A stretch of 63,795 nt of DNA, the filler included, from Pelomyxa schiedti (lineage: Eukaryota > Protista > Evosea): the NCBI GenBank assembly GCA_020536535.1. It is 4 parts of 4 records of this genome, joined end to end, with 100 filler letters (N's around TTAATTAATTAA, not from the genome) between each part and the next. Parts side by side here need not be neighbours in the genome. Positions count along the whole stretch, not along the records: positions 1 to 16,122 come from JAHLWZ010000392.1; positions 16,223 to 47,826 come from JAHLWZ010000998.1; 2 more parts are not named here. One strand, 5' to 3'. Under the pieces are notes generated by a model. It was not told the DNA's origin. It made no database searches and saw only the letters and a list, made by a program, of their open reading frames with translations. A program made the translations under genes and the position numbers. Position 1 is the first letter of the stretch. The number at the start of each line of letters is the position of its first letter. Of this stretch, positions 13,201 through 25,257 are shown piece after piece.

Positions 13201-13374
13201 AACCACACAATTCCAGAGACCTATTGGGCCTTCAGAAACTTCATATTTTTTCTGGCTCAATTTAAAATGCGGATGTTGTATGCATGATTACCATCATTTC
13301 CGTTCTAATTCTGTTTCACGATGAGCGCAACGGCATTCATTACTGGTCACCTTCGTTTAAAACATAACAGAGTT

Positions 13375-14080
13375 TGCGTCAAGATTGTCAACAATGACTG
13401 GCGTTTCGATGGAAGAGGTTTACTTTGCGCACTTCATTGCCATGCTATTTACTTGTGGGTAGGTTGATTTATCAATTGACAGAATGTTCTATTGGCTACT
13501 TACAAACGGCGGCATCGTGCAAGAAACTCCATGGAAAGGTTTTACTGTCCAAGTATGCTAACGTTGAGAAAATCGAATTACTTACGCACCGAAGGTGAAT
13601 GAGCCAGTTGGAACGATAAGCATTGTGTGCCCCAACAACAATCCACTTCTGTCATTTATTTCTCTCATTGCGCCTCCAATTAATTGCCCGTGGAAGTACG
13701 ATTATTGTGGTACCCTCATCACAGTTCCCCTTGTGTGCACTGTACATGTACCAGGTAACCTTAAACCCCAGTGGGGTTCCCCTCACCCTCCAACAGATAT
13801 TTGACACGTCTGACTTGCCTCCCGGTGTTATCAACATCGTTACCGGAGTTGCCGATCACCTCGCCAAGGTGCTTGTTGACCACCAGAACCTTCGCACCAT
13901 CTGGTACTTTGGTTCCGCTGAGGTATGTTCGACTCCGTAACAACAAACAAACAGTTCACGCAATAACCGCATCACCAGGGATCCTACCACGTTGAGTGAG
14001 AGTATCTTGCTGCCTCAAACAATAAGCGGACCTGAGTTTCCTATGGCCAAGTCCGCGATTGGAGTGATCGCCAAGGATTC
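13375..14080 (+). pseudogene. ALDH16-like aldehyde dehydrogenase C-terminal fragment, copy B
   Basis: Peptides GGIVQETPWKG, NEPVGTISIVCPNNNPLLSFISLIAP, LPPGVINIVTGVADHLAKVLVDHQNLRTIWYFGSAE and SNNKRT*VSYGQVRDW. Frameshifted, with introns retained. Confidence 0.75.
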
Positions 14081-14342
14081 AATCTTGTAACAAACTCGCA
14101 TCCAATGTAACACAGCCTCTTTCCATAACTCCTCAATTTTGATCCTTTCCCAGAATTGTTAACGAAAAGTCCCAGAGTGAGCCATTCGAATAGCAAGTAT
14201 GCATTGAATGCACCAGCCAAGAAGCAATTTGTATTTGTGAACAGGGGGAAAAAAAAATACAGAGAGCAATTGTCCTGTGGTTCAAAAACCACTGTGAACC
14301 AGTTATGAAACACTGGAGTGAGAGGACAACAAGTCAATTGAG

Positions 14343-16122
14343 TCAGGGCTCTCTCTCTGCAACGTAAACAACAGTTTTTCCATCAATGACATCCACAACA
14401 CTCCTGAGGAGTACCTTGGACAAGATTGAAGGGGCAACCTTGGTCGACCTGCTCCTGACAAGAATATCTGCTTCAAGCTGTGTTGCAAGCCACTTGACAG
14501 ACTTTTCCAGGAAATTATATGGAACGTCGAGGTTGTACAGGAACTCCGGTGCTGATGAAGACTTGGGTCTTGCCTGATAAACCCCCAGTACACAAAAGGC
14601 TGGTGGGATCTTTTGCACTCTGATTGATAGCGTGTCTCCTGCGTGCAGGATTTGCTTCAGTGTGAGATTGGCCTCCTTTGCAGGAGGCACTGGCACCCCA
14701 GCAAGATCCACAAAGACCCAAGCTGAGATCTCTCCTGTTTTGTCAACGTAGTCACGCACGGCGGAAAGTTTCTTGTTGCTGTTCAGGGAGGATGAGGTTG
14801 TGCGCGACTTTGAGGAGGGAGGTGGATCTGAACCTGTGTATTCCCCACAGACTGGAGACCACAGAGGCATTGTTTATGTGCAAAATATCGACCTGCTTGA
14901 GCACTTCCCCCAGGCTGCAAGAGGGTGAGGCTGGCACGTACTGTGGAATGAGGAAGGGAGGGGGAGAGTTAGGTGGATTCCAACAGTGTATTCTCCACAC
15001 ATTGGACGTCACAGACTCCATAGTCCCCTCAAGATAACACTCCCGAGGATGTGCCAGAAGATATGTGATGGCATTCCTGCACAAAACGGTGACAAAGCAA
15101 AAGGGAGAAGAAGGAAAAAACCATTACCTATAGGCAAGCCTCAAGATACCCCAGTACTGAAGATCCTTCTCCATGTTGCGTGTTGTTTCTTCAACATAAT
15201 TTTCAAACTTGATCACAGACGTCGTGGGCAAATATGTGGCAGCACCTATTATCTTGATGTTGTGCTCCACCTCGAGATCGTCTGTCATCATGTTGATGAA
15301 GTTGCACACAACGATTGGATGCCTCCCAGCCCGGATTATGGACTTCACGTGGGTGCCCAGAACTTCAAGGCTTTGGGGGTTGGTTGCAGCGCTGATCGGG
15401 ACAATGATGATGACTGAGTGAATGATGCGTGACTTGCCTTGCTCAACAATAAGGTCGAAGGAGTCGTCCATGCATGTTCCCGGCTCAACCTTCCCATTCA
15501 GGAACTCCTCAACTCTCAGCGTTGTGTAGTTTCTCTCTGACAGACCCCATGTATCCCAGAAGTGCAAGTTGAGCCTCTTCATCATCTCGTCGGTTGGGGC
15601 GTTTCCTGGCAGAAGATCTGCAAGTGAGTGCTCAGTGTATTTGCGGGTTACATGATCTGCAATGTGGAAGGCTTGCAATGGGGTAAGTACATCTTGCCCA
15701 GAGCTAAAGGAGGTTGCCAGTCCATTGTAAAATGCACTCTTTCCAGAGCCTCGCCATCCCCACACCTTTTTTTTTTTTTGGGTTGGATTGGGATCTGCAC
15801 ATGCCATGCATCAACACATTGATACCAGAATGTTGATCCTTGTCTTTGTTGGATTTGCCAACCTTGTCCTTTCTGGAAGCCACTCAGCTCCAAACCACGC
15901 TGTGGGGATGGGTCAAAAAAAAGATAAAAAAGGGTAGGTGAAGGCGGGGGCACCAAGGAGAAGGGTAACACAGCCCATGTACTTGGCTCCATCCACGAAG
16001 TACTCATACAGGACCTTGTCAGGCACAAGCCCTTTGTGGATAAGAGCCCTCTGTCCTGGCCGAAGGGTGACTGTCGTCACAAAGGGATGTTCCTTGTCTG
16101 CATCTGCAGTTGTCTTGACAAA
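14343..16122 (-). CDS. IFI44-like P-loop GTPase with extra C-terminal domain (5' end truncated by contig end)
   Basis: Spliced RINIL|VWGWRGSGKSAFYNG (Walker A), FWDTWGL (G3-like), EFLNGKV, IHSVIIIVP and FENYVEETTRNMEKDL follow the IFI44/IFI44L motif order. Further exons splice in frame to the stop at 14343. Confidence 0.75.
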
Positions 16123-16222
16123 NNNNNNNNNNNNNNNNNNNNNNNNNNNNNNNNNNNNNNNNNNNNTTAATTAATTAANNNNNNNNNNNNNNNNNNNNNN
16201 NNNNNNNNNNNNNNNNNNNNNN
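16123..16222. other. Artificial contig linker (N44-TTAATTAATTAA-N44)
   Basis: A six-frame stop linker embedded in Ns. The identical structure recurs at 47827 and 58305. Confidence 0.97.
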
Positions 16223-18092
16223 CAACATTTTCTCTGCCTACACCTGGTGTGATTGTAACACCGCCAACACCAGCTATGACACCACCCCCAACATCTCCAC
16301 CACTACAATCTATCACACCAACTGTGAATATTCCTCCTGTGCAGGCACCTCCGAGAATTACATCACCACCTGTACTGCCTCCTCTCGCTATTCCAGTGGC
16401 TGCACCTGCACAAAATAGTACTGCGGCCACCTCTCACTCTTCTGTACTCAGCGTTCTTCAAACATCACCATCACACTTCAATGCCGCTATCCCTCCACCA
16501 CTTTCACTTGGTCCAACTTTTGGAATGCCCCCTCCACCCCCACTCCCTCCTTTACCGCCTCTTCCTGCACCAACTTCACCTCTCCTTCGAAAATGGCTTG
16601 AGTACGGGCTTAGCCTTGGTCCAACTCACCTCGGCTCCCCATTACCCCAGTCCTCAACCCAATCGCCACAGGAAAACCCTGGATCAAGTGCCAGTGGCCC
16701 TGTGGTCCCACTTCCTGAACCTCTGAAAATGGTACCCATACCGCCGCCTATCGTGGATCTATATGAATCCGAATCCCCAGCTAGCTCATTCAAGGCTAAA
16801 AGACCGCCCTTTAATCAGTTCAGCCCTGCTCAGATGTGCTTTTTGTGGGGTATCTGCCAAGTACTAGGTTCGACGCAATTAAATTAAGTCCAGATAAGAA
16901 GGGATACCTTGCACAAGTCGTTTCCACTCTCTCTAAGCCATCGCAAAATGACAGACTCTGTGCTTTAAACAACTTGATTGAAATAAGCCAAATTGTTCAA
17001 GATATAGCCCTATACCATGAACCCAAGGCACTTATCGATGCGTAAGTTAACCTGACTCACCCAACTTCTTACAATATACCCAAGTGTCCGCGAGTTTCTC
17101 ATAAGCCGTATCCGACCTCTGAGAATAGCAGGAATGAGAGCACTCCACGGGTTCTGCAAGACATCCCACTTCATTGCCGCCTTGAATAACTCCCATATCC
17201 CTTTTTTTATAGCACGGTGAGTATCTTGTTTCTCACCTGTGCTGTACTAAATCATACAAGATCTCTTGAAAGACCCCTTTCAGCCCGTGACAAGCAAGGG
17301 GAGGAACGCAACGAAGCATTTAAATTCTGTCAAACAATGCTTGCTGTTTCTCCTTCTCTGGTTCATAGGTGTGTATTTATTTTTTTTTTATTGAATCTTT
17401 CTATTTCCCCAACTTTTAAACAGGAGTATTGTCCAAGCTCTCGTCTCAGTGACTGAAATTCCAGAAGAAAGTAACGTGTCATGGCACTTTTCCTCCAATA
17501 TTAATTCCCCTAGACAACGTATTTGCACATCAGTGCTTAGAACTTCTCTGTGAACTTGGTTAGTTGACCTTTCTCTTTGATCCTCATTGATGTTCATTTA
17601 GCAATACAAAATCCACAGCTGGCGGCTCATTGTAACGGAATTACTACCATATTTAATGCTACTCTGAACCCCTCCTACGAGTGTAATTACTATGCTTCGA
17701 CCTTCAAACACTTTTGTTCATTGTGTTTAAGGCATGTTTTCCTCGTTAGTGAGGGTTATTCTCTTCCTACTCAATGATGAGTGCACACGAAAGTACATCC
17801 GGCCTGAAACTTCTTTACAGGTACATATTATATTACACAGCATAAACTCAATGAACATAAATCAGCTGATCCTGTGGCCTCTAACATCCAACTTGGGGGT
17901 GAATCTTCAGTACCAAGACCCAAAAGATTCCGCCAACACCCAGGTGTCTCTACAATCTCTGTTGTAGGGTATAACGTATTAAACACTTTTCAGCAGGCAC
18001 GTGACAAACGCACTGGTAAATCGGTTGGCATTCCCTCAGAAGAACTCAATATCCGTAAAGCCCAACTGCTCAAATCACGTCAATTTGTTTTT

Positions 18093-18133
<41 letters not shown>

Positions 18134-21100
18134 ACTATTTTTTTCCCACGCACCATTCTTTCCAGTTTTGCAGTCTTGGCAAGGGATCATTGAATTCTCT
18201 TCCGAGTAGGCCTTCCTCCCCTTTATTCCACTGTCTCCTCATCAAATTAGTTTTGGCCTAGAGTCCCTTGTTTCTGCTTTAAAAGTACCAGCAATCCTTA
18301 TCGTGTCTCATTTAATGTTTTATTTAGTTACCAAAAGAAGATTTCCATGTAAGCTTTATCCCAATCCCGTTTTTTAACTGGGGGGAAGGATGCCATCTTG
18401 GACATGTTCTTTGATCTTTTCCACACCCCTAAACCCATTAAACCCACTAATGTCAACCGGGGAAGTACACCACCCTCCTCAACTTCAGCTGTATCAAGTT
18501 CTATTGCCAAGTTGGCTAAACCTCGTCATAATCTTCTTGTAAACTACTGGTACTAACTTTGAATTCTTCCTTTTACTGAACATTGTGTAGGGCAATGCTT
18601 TTGATCGCCGTTATCAAATCTGGCTTAATCGAAGTTAAACTGTGATTTGAATACCTAAGAGGATAACTTCAAATAGGTTCTTGTGTCTATTTCCAACACA
18701 CCTCCTCTCAATTACGGGCTGTCTCCATCAAATCCTCCTTATACTACAAAAGCTACTGCTCTTCTTGGCGATCTTTTACTTCTTGCAAGCAAAATCTTAT
18801 CTCCTGAACAATGTGCTGACCTACAAGTATTTAGGTTAACATAATTTGTAAAACTAAATCTGTCCAAAGCAACTACCGTCACTTGTGAATAGCGCTACTT
18901 TGGTTGTTCCTCCACATACTGGTTCAATGCTAGACCGAGTTGGTGATCACCAACCAATACCGCCGCAAGCTGCAAGAGCAATTGCAGTAATAACTAATCT
19001 TCACTCACACTCAAGAGTCAAAGTCAGTATTTCACAATCAATAAACATTCTCAACCAGCAAAAAAAAAAGGCGGCACAAGGAGAGAAAAATGATGGCAGT
19101 GAACGAGAAGATGCTCGTTTGGAAATAATCGAAGGTGTTAAAGCAAGAATGGACTGGTCAATGGACGATGAACACCTATTGCAGATGATTGATGCCACAA
19201 ATGTAGTAAAATTCACGTTCTTTTTTATTTACCTCCATGCTAAGGTTCTCTCCAACAAAGACTACTCCAAGTGGAATGCAGATGCCATCGTTGAAGTATT
19301 GGAAGGACCCCTTGTTAATCCTGGTAAGATATCATCTTTTTACATGGTCTCACTCTTTGCAGCACATACAGAAACGATTTTAAAGACACAGTTTTACAAA
19401 CGCCTTTTGTCCTTTTTCAAGCCAAGAGAGAAGGAATTCTCACAAGCAAAAATTACCAGCTCGAATGAGGTAGCCTTTCACCTAAGGCTGTGAATTAATG
19501 TTGTTTAGCGATACACAAGAGCAGGAAAACAACTCCTACGGAATCTCGTTAAAACCAGTGCAAGCGATCTTCTTTCGGAACTTGTTTCTCAAATTGCTGA
19601 TTGCCTCAAATCGGAGCTTGATGAAAATAATGCCGTTTTAGCAGGAACAGGTGGAACCACCTCGGGATCTGCTCAGCCAAGTAGCGCGAGCACCGCAGGT
19701 GGTGGTCGTTCTCGTGCAAATACTTTAGCTAATGTGGGAAGTTCCATAGAGCACAAAATCACTACTGTACGGTAGTTTTACTATCAGTATTTTCCCTGAG
19801 TTACTTAGAAAACCTGTGACCCGAGTTCCAGAATATTCTCCTCCGATAATCAACTGAAAACTATGAGCAGAGATTACTTCAATATTCTTGGTACCCAGTA
19901 GTCGATTTTTTGCTTTATTTTGCTTGAACTTATTCCTTAAGGTGGCCTTACTGAAACGAAGGATGGAAACAAGCTTTTGAAGAAACACCTCATTTACGAT
20001 TTGTATATGCGCACGATTTCATCGGGAAGGGAAGATCTAAGTAAATCTATTTTACAATGTCTAGATTTCAATCGGTACAACACATTTTTTCCCTTTGACA
20101 ACTAAGTGTGAAAGGAAAATTTCCAAGGACATTCTTTTGTGTATGTTGTATCCGACAGTTCCAATAACTGTACGTGACTATACATTTGAATTGATCTTTG
20201 TAACTCTTGAAATTAGATAAGGTATAGAGCAACCCAACACCTACAGCTTCTTCTTCACAAGGGCTTGGACAACTTTCACATATGGGGAATCAGAACATTG
20301 ATTGATCTGGCTGTATGAACCGCAACCCAATGTTTCCTAACGCAAAGCAAGATGAAAGATAAGGACCCTTACAAGCGGGTTGTGCGAGCTGCATTGTCAA
20401 TATTAGACGATGCATGCAGCGATTCTGCCTGTCTAGAACAAGCAATTCTAAGAGTCTCTGACCCTATCATGTTAACACTGCTTGATAGAAAGGGAGAAGA
20501 TTTATTTTTGAGGTAGGAAAATCACCAAGAGTTAAACTTAACACTTCCTTAGGTTTCTTGGAAGCAAAAGCGGCCTCAACAAAATTGACAAGTCATATCT
20601 ACAGAAAGAAATGCAAATTTGGCTTGAGAAACGCAATGTTGAATATGTGTATTCCCTTGAAAGTTTTATGTGGGAGAAATTGGACCCAACAGTTTGGCAA
20701 CGAAATCTAAAAGCGGGAGCCGATCTGTATAACATTAAATTGTTAGCCCGTCATTGATGTTTAATCCTTCTAGTGCTTCAGATGTTGTTACCCTTCCTCC
20801 GCACTTGTATGGAGAGTTATCCAAAACTGAAGTAGGATTGGATTTGATTAAGAGAAGCGGACATTTCGAGCAGTTTCTGAGGATCATCACAGACTCTTCT
20901 CTAAGTTGCATTCAGAGAAGAGCAGCTGTCATGGCAATGGTACGGACAAAATGATAGCGGGATTTTAATGTTGTTAGGGTCAAGTTGGATCCACAAAGCT
21001 TGGCTTTACTTACTTCACAGAAATGGGAGCACTTCCTGTCATTGTTGACATTACAGAAAATTGCACGGATCTTACATTGCGAGGGTATTAGTCAATTCTA

Positions 21101-22038
21101 ATTGGTTATAACAATAACACAAATGCGAAAACAGAATGTGCTTTGTTGTACTGGGGCTGCTATCCCAAGTTGACAGTTCTCACGAGCAATTAATCCGCCA
21201 TGGGTGGACACCTTCCCCGCAATCGCACACAACTGCCGTGTGCATTCCATCTGATATCCACAACTGCAAGCTGCTAAAAGTCCCTCTCGTTCATTTCGAA
21301 GGCAGTTGGGCCAGCCATATGCCACCTCCCCTAAACCAAGATCAGCAGCACCAGACAGCCGATACCTCCCAAAACTTGGAAGGCCAAAAGTTGATGTATC
21401 CTTATATTTCTTCACTTGGAGGACTCAAATTCGGCGATGAAAGAGATGACATAATAGAGGCAGCCATAAGTTTAATTAACCCTGTAGCACTTCTTCACGA
21501 CCCCTCAATAAAGACACTTATCAAGTACTTCGCTGCACTATGGAGTTCATACTTATGCTTTTCTAGGTTGCACGAACACAATCCCCTAGCATTCCAATCG
21601 CCCACACTAATATATGCCTTACTTGATGTACTCAGCACGTACCATCTTCACAACAAAGAGCGCTCCTTGATATATACCATAACCCTCGACTCACTCTCTT
21701 CCTCCACACCCGTTGCCGGACACTTTTTCACCGACTTCATACCACTCCCAGCCCTCGTTTCCCGCAACATCCCACACTCAGAATCCACAACACCCATAGA
21801 ACCACCGCCTGGCCCTCCTTCCCCCAAGCCGGAGCCCACTGGCACCTCCGCAGCACCGCCGGTCCTCACCACAATCAAACCACCAGTTCTTCCCTACATA
21901 ACTCCCCCAGCTCTCACACTCCCGACAACCATCCCATTGTCTATTCCAATCCCGATTCCACTGCCCACAGCCGCCACAACAGAATCACCCCCTCACCATC
22001 TTGGTGATTCCATTCCCCCACCACCTCTTCTTCCCTGA
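16223..22038 (+). CDS. RICTOR: Rictor/Pianissimo/Avo3 (TORC2 subunit), many introns, 5' truncated, Pro-rich termini
   Basis: Conserved Rictor segments: ERNEAFKF, VLSNKDYSKWNADAIVEVLEGPLVNP, FYKRLLSFFKP, RYRATQHL, LPPHLYGELSKTEVG, RRAAVMAMGQVGSTKLG, LTLRGMCFVVLGLLS. Stop TGA at 22036-22038. Confidence 0.9.
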
Positions 22039-22276
22039 AATTCACCTGGATGGAGATGAGAAGGCACCAGCACCCAAGTTGTCTGCTTTGTGGCTATTTT
22101 TCTATTTCTTTTCTTTTTGTCAACTGCGCAGTTGTCCAGGTGCATGACGTTTAAAAAGAAAGCGAGATCTGCGAAGGCAAAACACATAAAAAACCAAGCA
22201 AGGAGCCGCGGTCGGTAGAGATCGTCGTCGTGCGTGAGAGATTTTTTCGAGTGAGTGTTTGAGAAGAGAGTTGGAG

Positions 22277-23694
22277 ATGCAAATGCAGGGCGCAGTCGCT
22301 TTTCAGGCTGGTGGTCGCAGGCCCCCAAAGTGCTACAAGTAGACAAAAAATCGCGTTGTGTTGCGTGTTTGTTGTACGCCGCGCGGCGGGCGTAGCGCGT
22401 TTGCAAAACCAACGTTGGATATTAATTTTGGTTCATGGTGTAGTTGCCAACAAGTTGGACACGTGAGCAAGGAGTGCACAAATGAAGCAGTTGCCTCTGT
22501 TTGTTACAATTGCCAGCAAACCGGTCACATTGCGAAGACCTGCACATTGCCGGTAAATTTTCTCCCTCCACGTAGTATGACAAGCACCTCACACAAAAAA
22601 GCCTGTTGAGAAGCCAGCAAGGAACCCCCCACAGTGCTTTATCTGCAACCAGACCGGACACGTTCAGAGGAACTGCCCAGTGAGTGTACTATAACAAAAT
22701 ACTAATCCAATAGCAGTACTATTATCTTCTCTGTTTGTGTACCTAACCTCTTCACAAGATGAACCAAATGGCACAAATGAGCCAAATGGGGATGCCCCCT
22801 ACCCAGAGTTCCCCCTCCCAGCCATTCACTGGCCTGTGCTACAACTGCGGCATGACAGGACATCAGGCTCGCTTCTGCACGATGCCTCCCAAGGTTGCTT
22901 GACATTTCCCAAAGTGGAAGTACTTACATAGTTTAAAGCAAATCTGTTACTGCTGCCAGCAACCAGGCCACATTTCTCGCTCCTGCCCATTCATCAATGC
23001 CCAACAAGCAATGTTTGTCCCTCAAACCATGCAACAGCCCGTTGTCGTGTTGCCTGATACAAATGCCACTACTAACGCCACAATCAATGCAACTGCCTCA
23101 ACTCAAGTCGGTGAGGCAACCCCACCAGCCGGACGCAAGAACAAGAAGAACAACAAGAAGAAGTCTGCAGCAACCGCCCAAACACCCGCAGCTGTTGCCC
23201 AGCCACCAGTTGTTGCCCAACAACCAATGGTTGTCATGCCCCCCATTACCACACCCCAAGTAGCCACCGGAGTTGCCGTTGTCATGCCACCCCAAATATG
23301 TTACACCTGCCAGCAACCCGGACACATTTCCAGGAGGTGCCCAATGAACCCGCAGGCCCAGCAACCACAGCAGCCACGACCCGCCAGGCAGCTCAACATA
23401 GTACGCTCATTCTCTTTTCTACTTGCGCACTAACCATACCAACAGACCAAGGTGAAGCGCAACCCAGCTGACGCAGCCACCACACCCGCGTCCACAAGCA
23501 CCACACCAAGCACAGCCGCAACAACCACAACACCCGCAGCCACACCCACAGCTGCGGCCACCACAAGCACAGCTTCGGCAACAACCCCCGAGGCCCCCAA
23601 GGTGCCGCTCCCCCCATCATCCTACGTACTTGGCAGCAGGACCTGCTTCAGGTGTGGCCAACCAGGCCACTTTATCCGCACTTGCCGAGCCTAA
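22277..23694 (+). CDS. CNBP/GIS2-like nucleic-acid-binding protein with seven CCHC zinc knuckles and low-complexity linkers
   Basis: Seven Cx2Cx4Hx4C motifs after splicing: CYNCQQVGHVSKEC, CYNCQQTGHIAKTC, CFICNQTGHVQRNC, CYNCGMTGHQARFC, CYCCQQPGHISRSC, CYTCQQPGHISRRC, CFRCGQPGHFIRTC. Confidence 0.85.
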
Positions 23695-23906
23695 GTAACG
23701 TCACCATCCCCCATCCCCAACAAATAGAAAAACAAAACCATAATAGAACTCATAACCCACACTTCCGCGTCTCTTTTTCTCTGGGTCTTTCGAGGGCTAA
23801 CGTGTTTCAAGATAAATTCAAAGAACCGCACAATAAAAAAAACACTCGTAAAGGGGGAAAAAAAGGCCGAGATCCACGTGGAAATACACCCACCAAATAA
23901 TCAAAC

Positions 23907-24979
23907 ATGTTGTTGAGCAAAGCGGTGCAGCGCACCTTGAGACCGTCGACGTACCGGAACTACGACAATGATGATGTGGGGATGGGCTGTGCGGAAAAAT
24001 CGGCCGACGTAGATGCGACGCGAGGCGATTGTTGTTGGTCCGTTATGCCTGAAACGACCAACGAAGACGGAGTTGCCGTTGACGCGGCGGTGTGGTGGGC
24101 AAATGCTACTCCACAGATAATACACGCCGTACAAATTATCGAGCAGGCGTTTGACGAGTACAGGTATAAACCCGAACACGGGAGTCAATTTCCTGTTTAA
24201 TCGTGCGTTTTTACAGTATGGAACAACTGGCACTCAGTTTCAACGGCGGGAAAGACTGCACAGTGTTATTGCACCTGTTGTACCACGTGTGCAGATCGAG
24301 GAACTTGCCTATGTCCAAATTGACGTGCCTCTACTTTGTAACAACCGATTGCTTCCCAGAAATAGATCAATTTGTCCAGTCCTGTTGCGAAAGGTTTTTT
24401 TTTGTTTCCGTTCTCCTGTGTTCGCTCTAACCCTTTTTAAAAAGATATGGTGTAACTATGGTTTCAGTGGACAAATCAATAAGGAAAGGGCTGGAAGAAC
24501 AAGTTGACAAGGGAATAAAGGCGGTATTCACTGGAACAAGACGAAGTGATCCTGGTGGCGGTAAGGCTTCTTTTTTCATTCAAGCTTTCTTTTCTGAGAG
24601 CTTGGCAGAGACTTTGGACTTCTTTAAAGCTAACGATCCCGGATGGCCAAAGTTGATGCGAGTTTTCCCGATACTCGACTGGACCTATAGTGATGTGTGG
24701 GATTTTTTCCGAATTGCCAGCGTTCCTTACTGTTCACTTTACGACCTTGGGTAAGCTAACAGCACTTATTGTGTAAACATCTCTGACATTATCTTCAGAT
24801 ACACCTCACTAGGCAACCGCAGCAACACCCTTAAGAATCCGCTCCTGCTCAGACGGCTACCAGACGGCACCGCTACATACTACCCAGCCTACATGCTTCG
24901 TGATGAAGCACAAGAACGGCTTGGCAGACCACAGGTCCGTCTGCTAGGAAAATCACCAGTCAGTTGCACCAACTTATAA
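23907..24979 (+). CDS. FAD1: FAD synthetase (FMN adenylyltransferase, PAPS-reductase family)
   Basis: Motifs LSFNGGKDCTVLLHL, FPEIDQFV, GTRRSDP, PGWPKLMRVFPILDWTYSDVWDF, YCSLYDLG|YTSLG, ERLGR. The start could be 23907 or a downstream ATG such as 24045. Confidence 0.9.
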
Positions 24980-25257
24980 AACCAATCCCCCCAACACCAC
25001 CCACAGTTCACCACCCCTCCTCACTTACAACGGCATTTCAGACAGAGCACCAAACCCGTGTGGCCCGTAGGCCACCTTTTTGTCCCCATATAAATGCACA
25101 TAGAATATGTAACACTATAAGTTCACAATTGTGGAATCCCCCTCCCTCGCCCACCCTTGTTTGCACACCAAGTTGGTGGGGTGGGGGCTGAGCACGCGAC
25201 ACACACACAAACGCAATCACGGGGAGGTGATTTCGACGAATCAATACCAAACAAGAA

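Noticed and set aside
16167-16178. TTAATTAATTAA palindrome repeated three times in the window
   Set aside because: It is always centred in N runs, so it is an artificial six-frame stop linker.
21396-21421. U12-type donor GTATCCTT in Rictor
   Set aside because: It lies in an open frame, and excision to the nearby AG would cause a frameshift.
22277-23694. Retroelement gag suggested by CCHC knuckles
   Set aside because: It has seven knuckles, spliceosomal introns and no protease, RT, integrase or LTRs, so it is a CNBP-like host gene.
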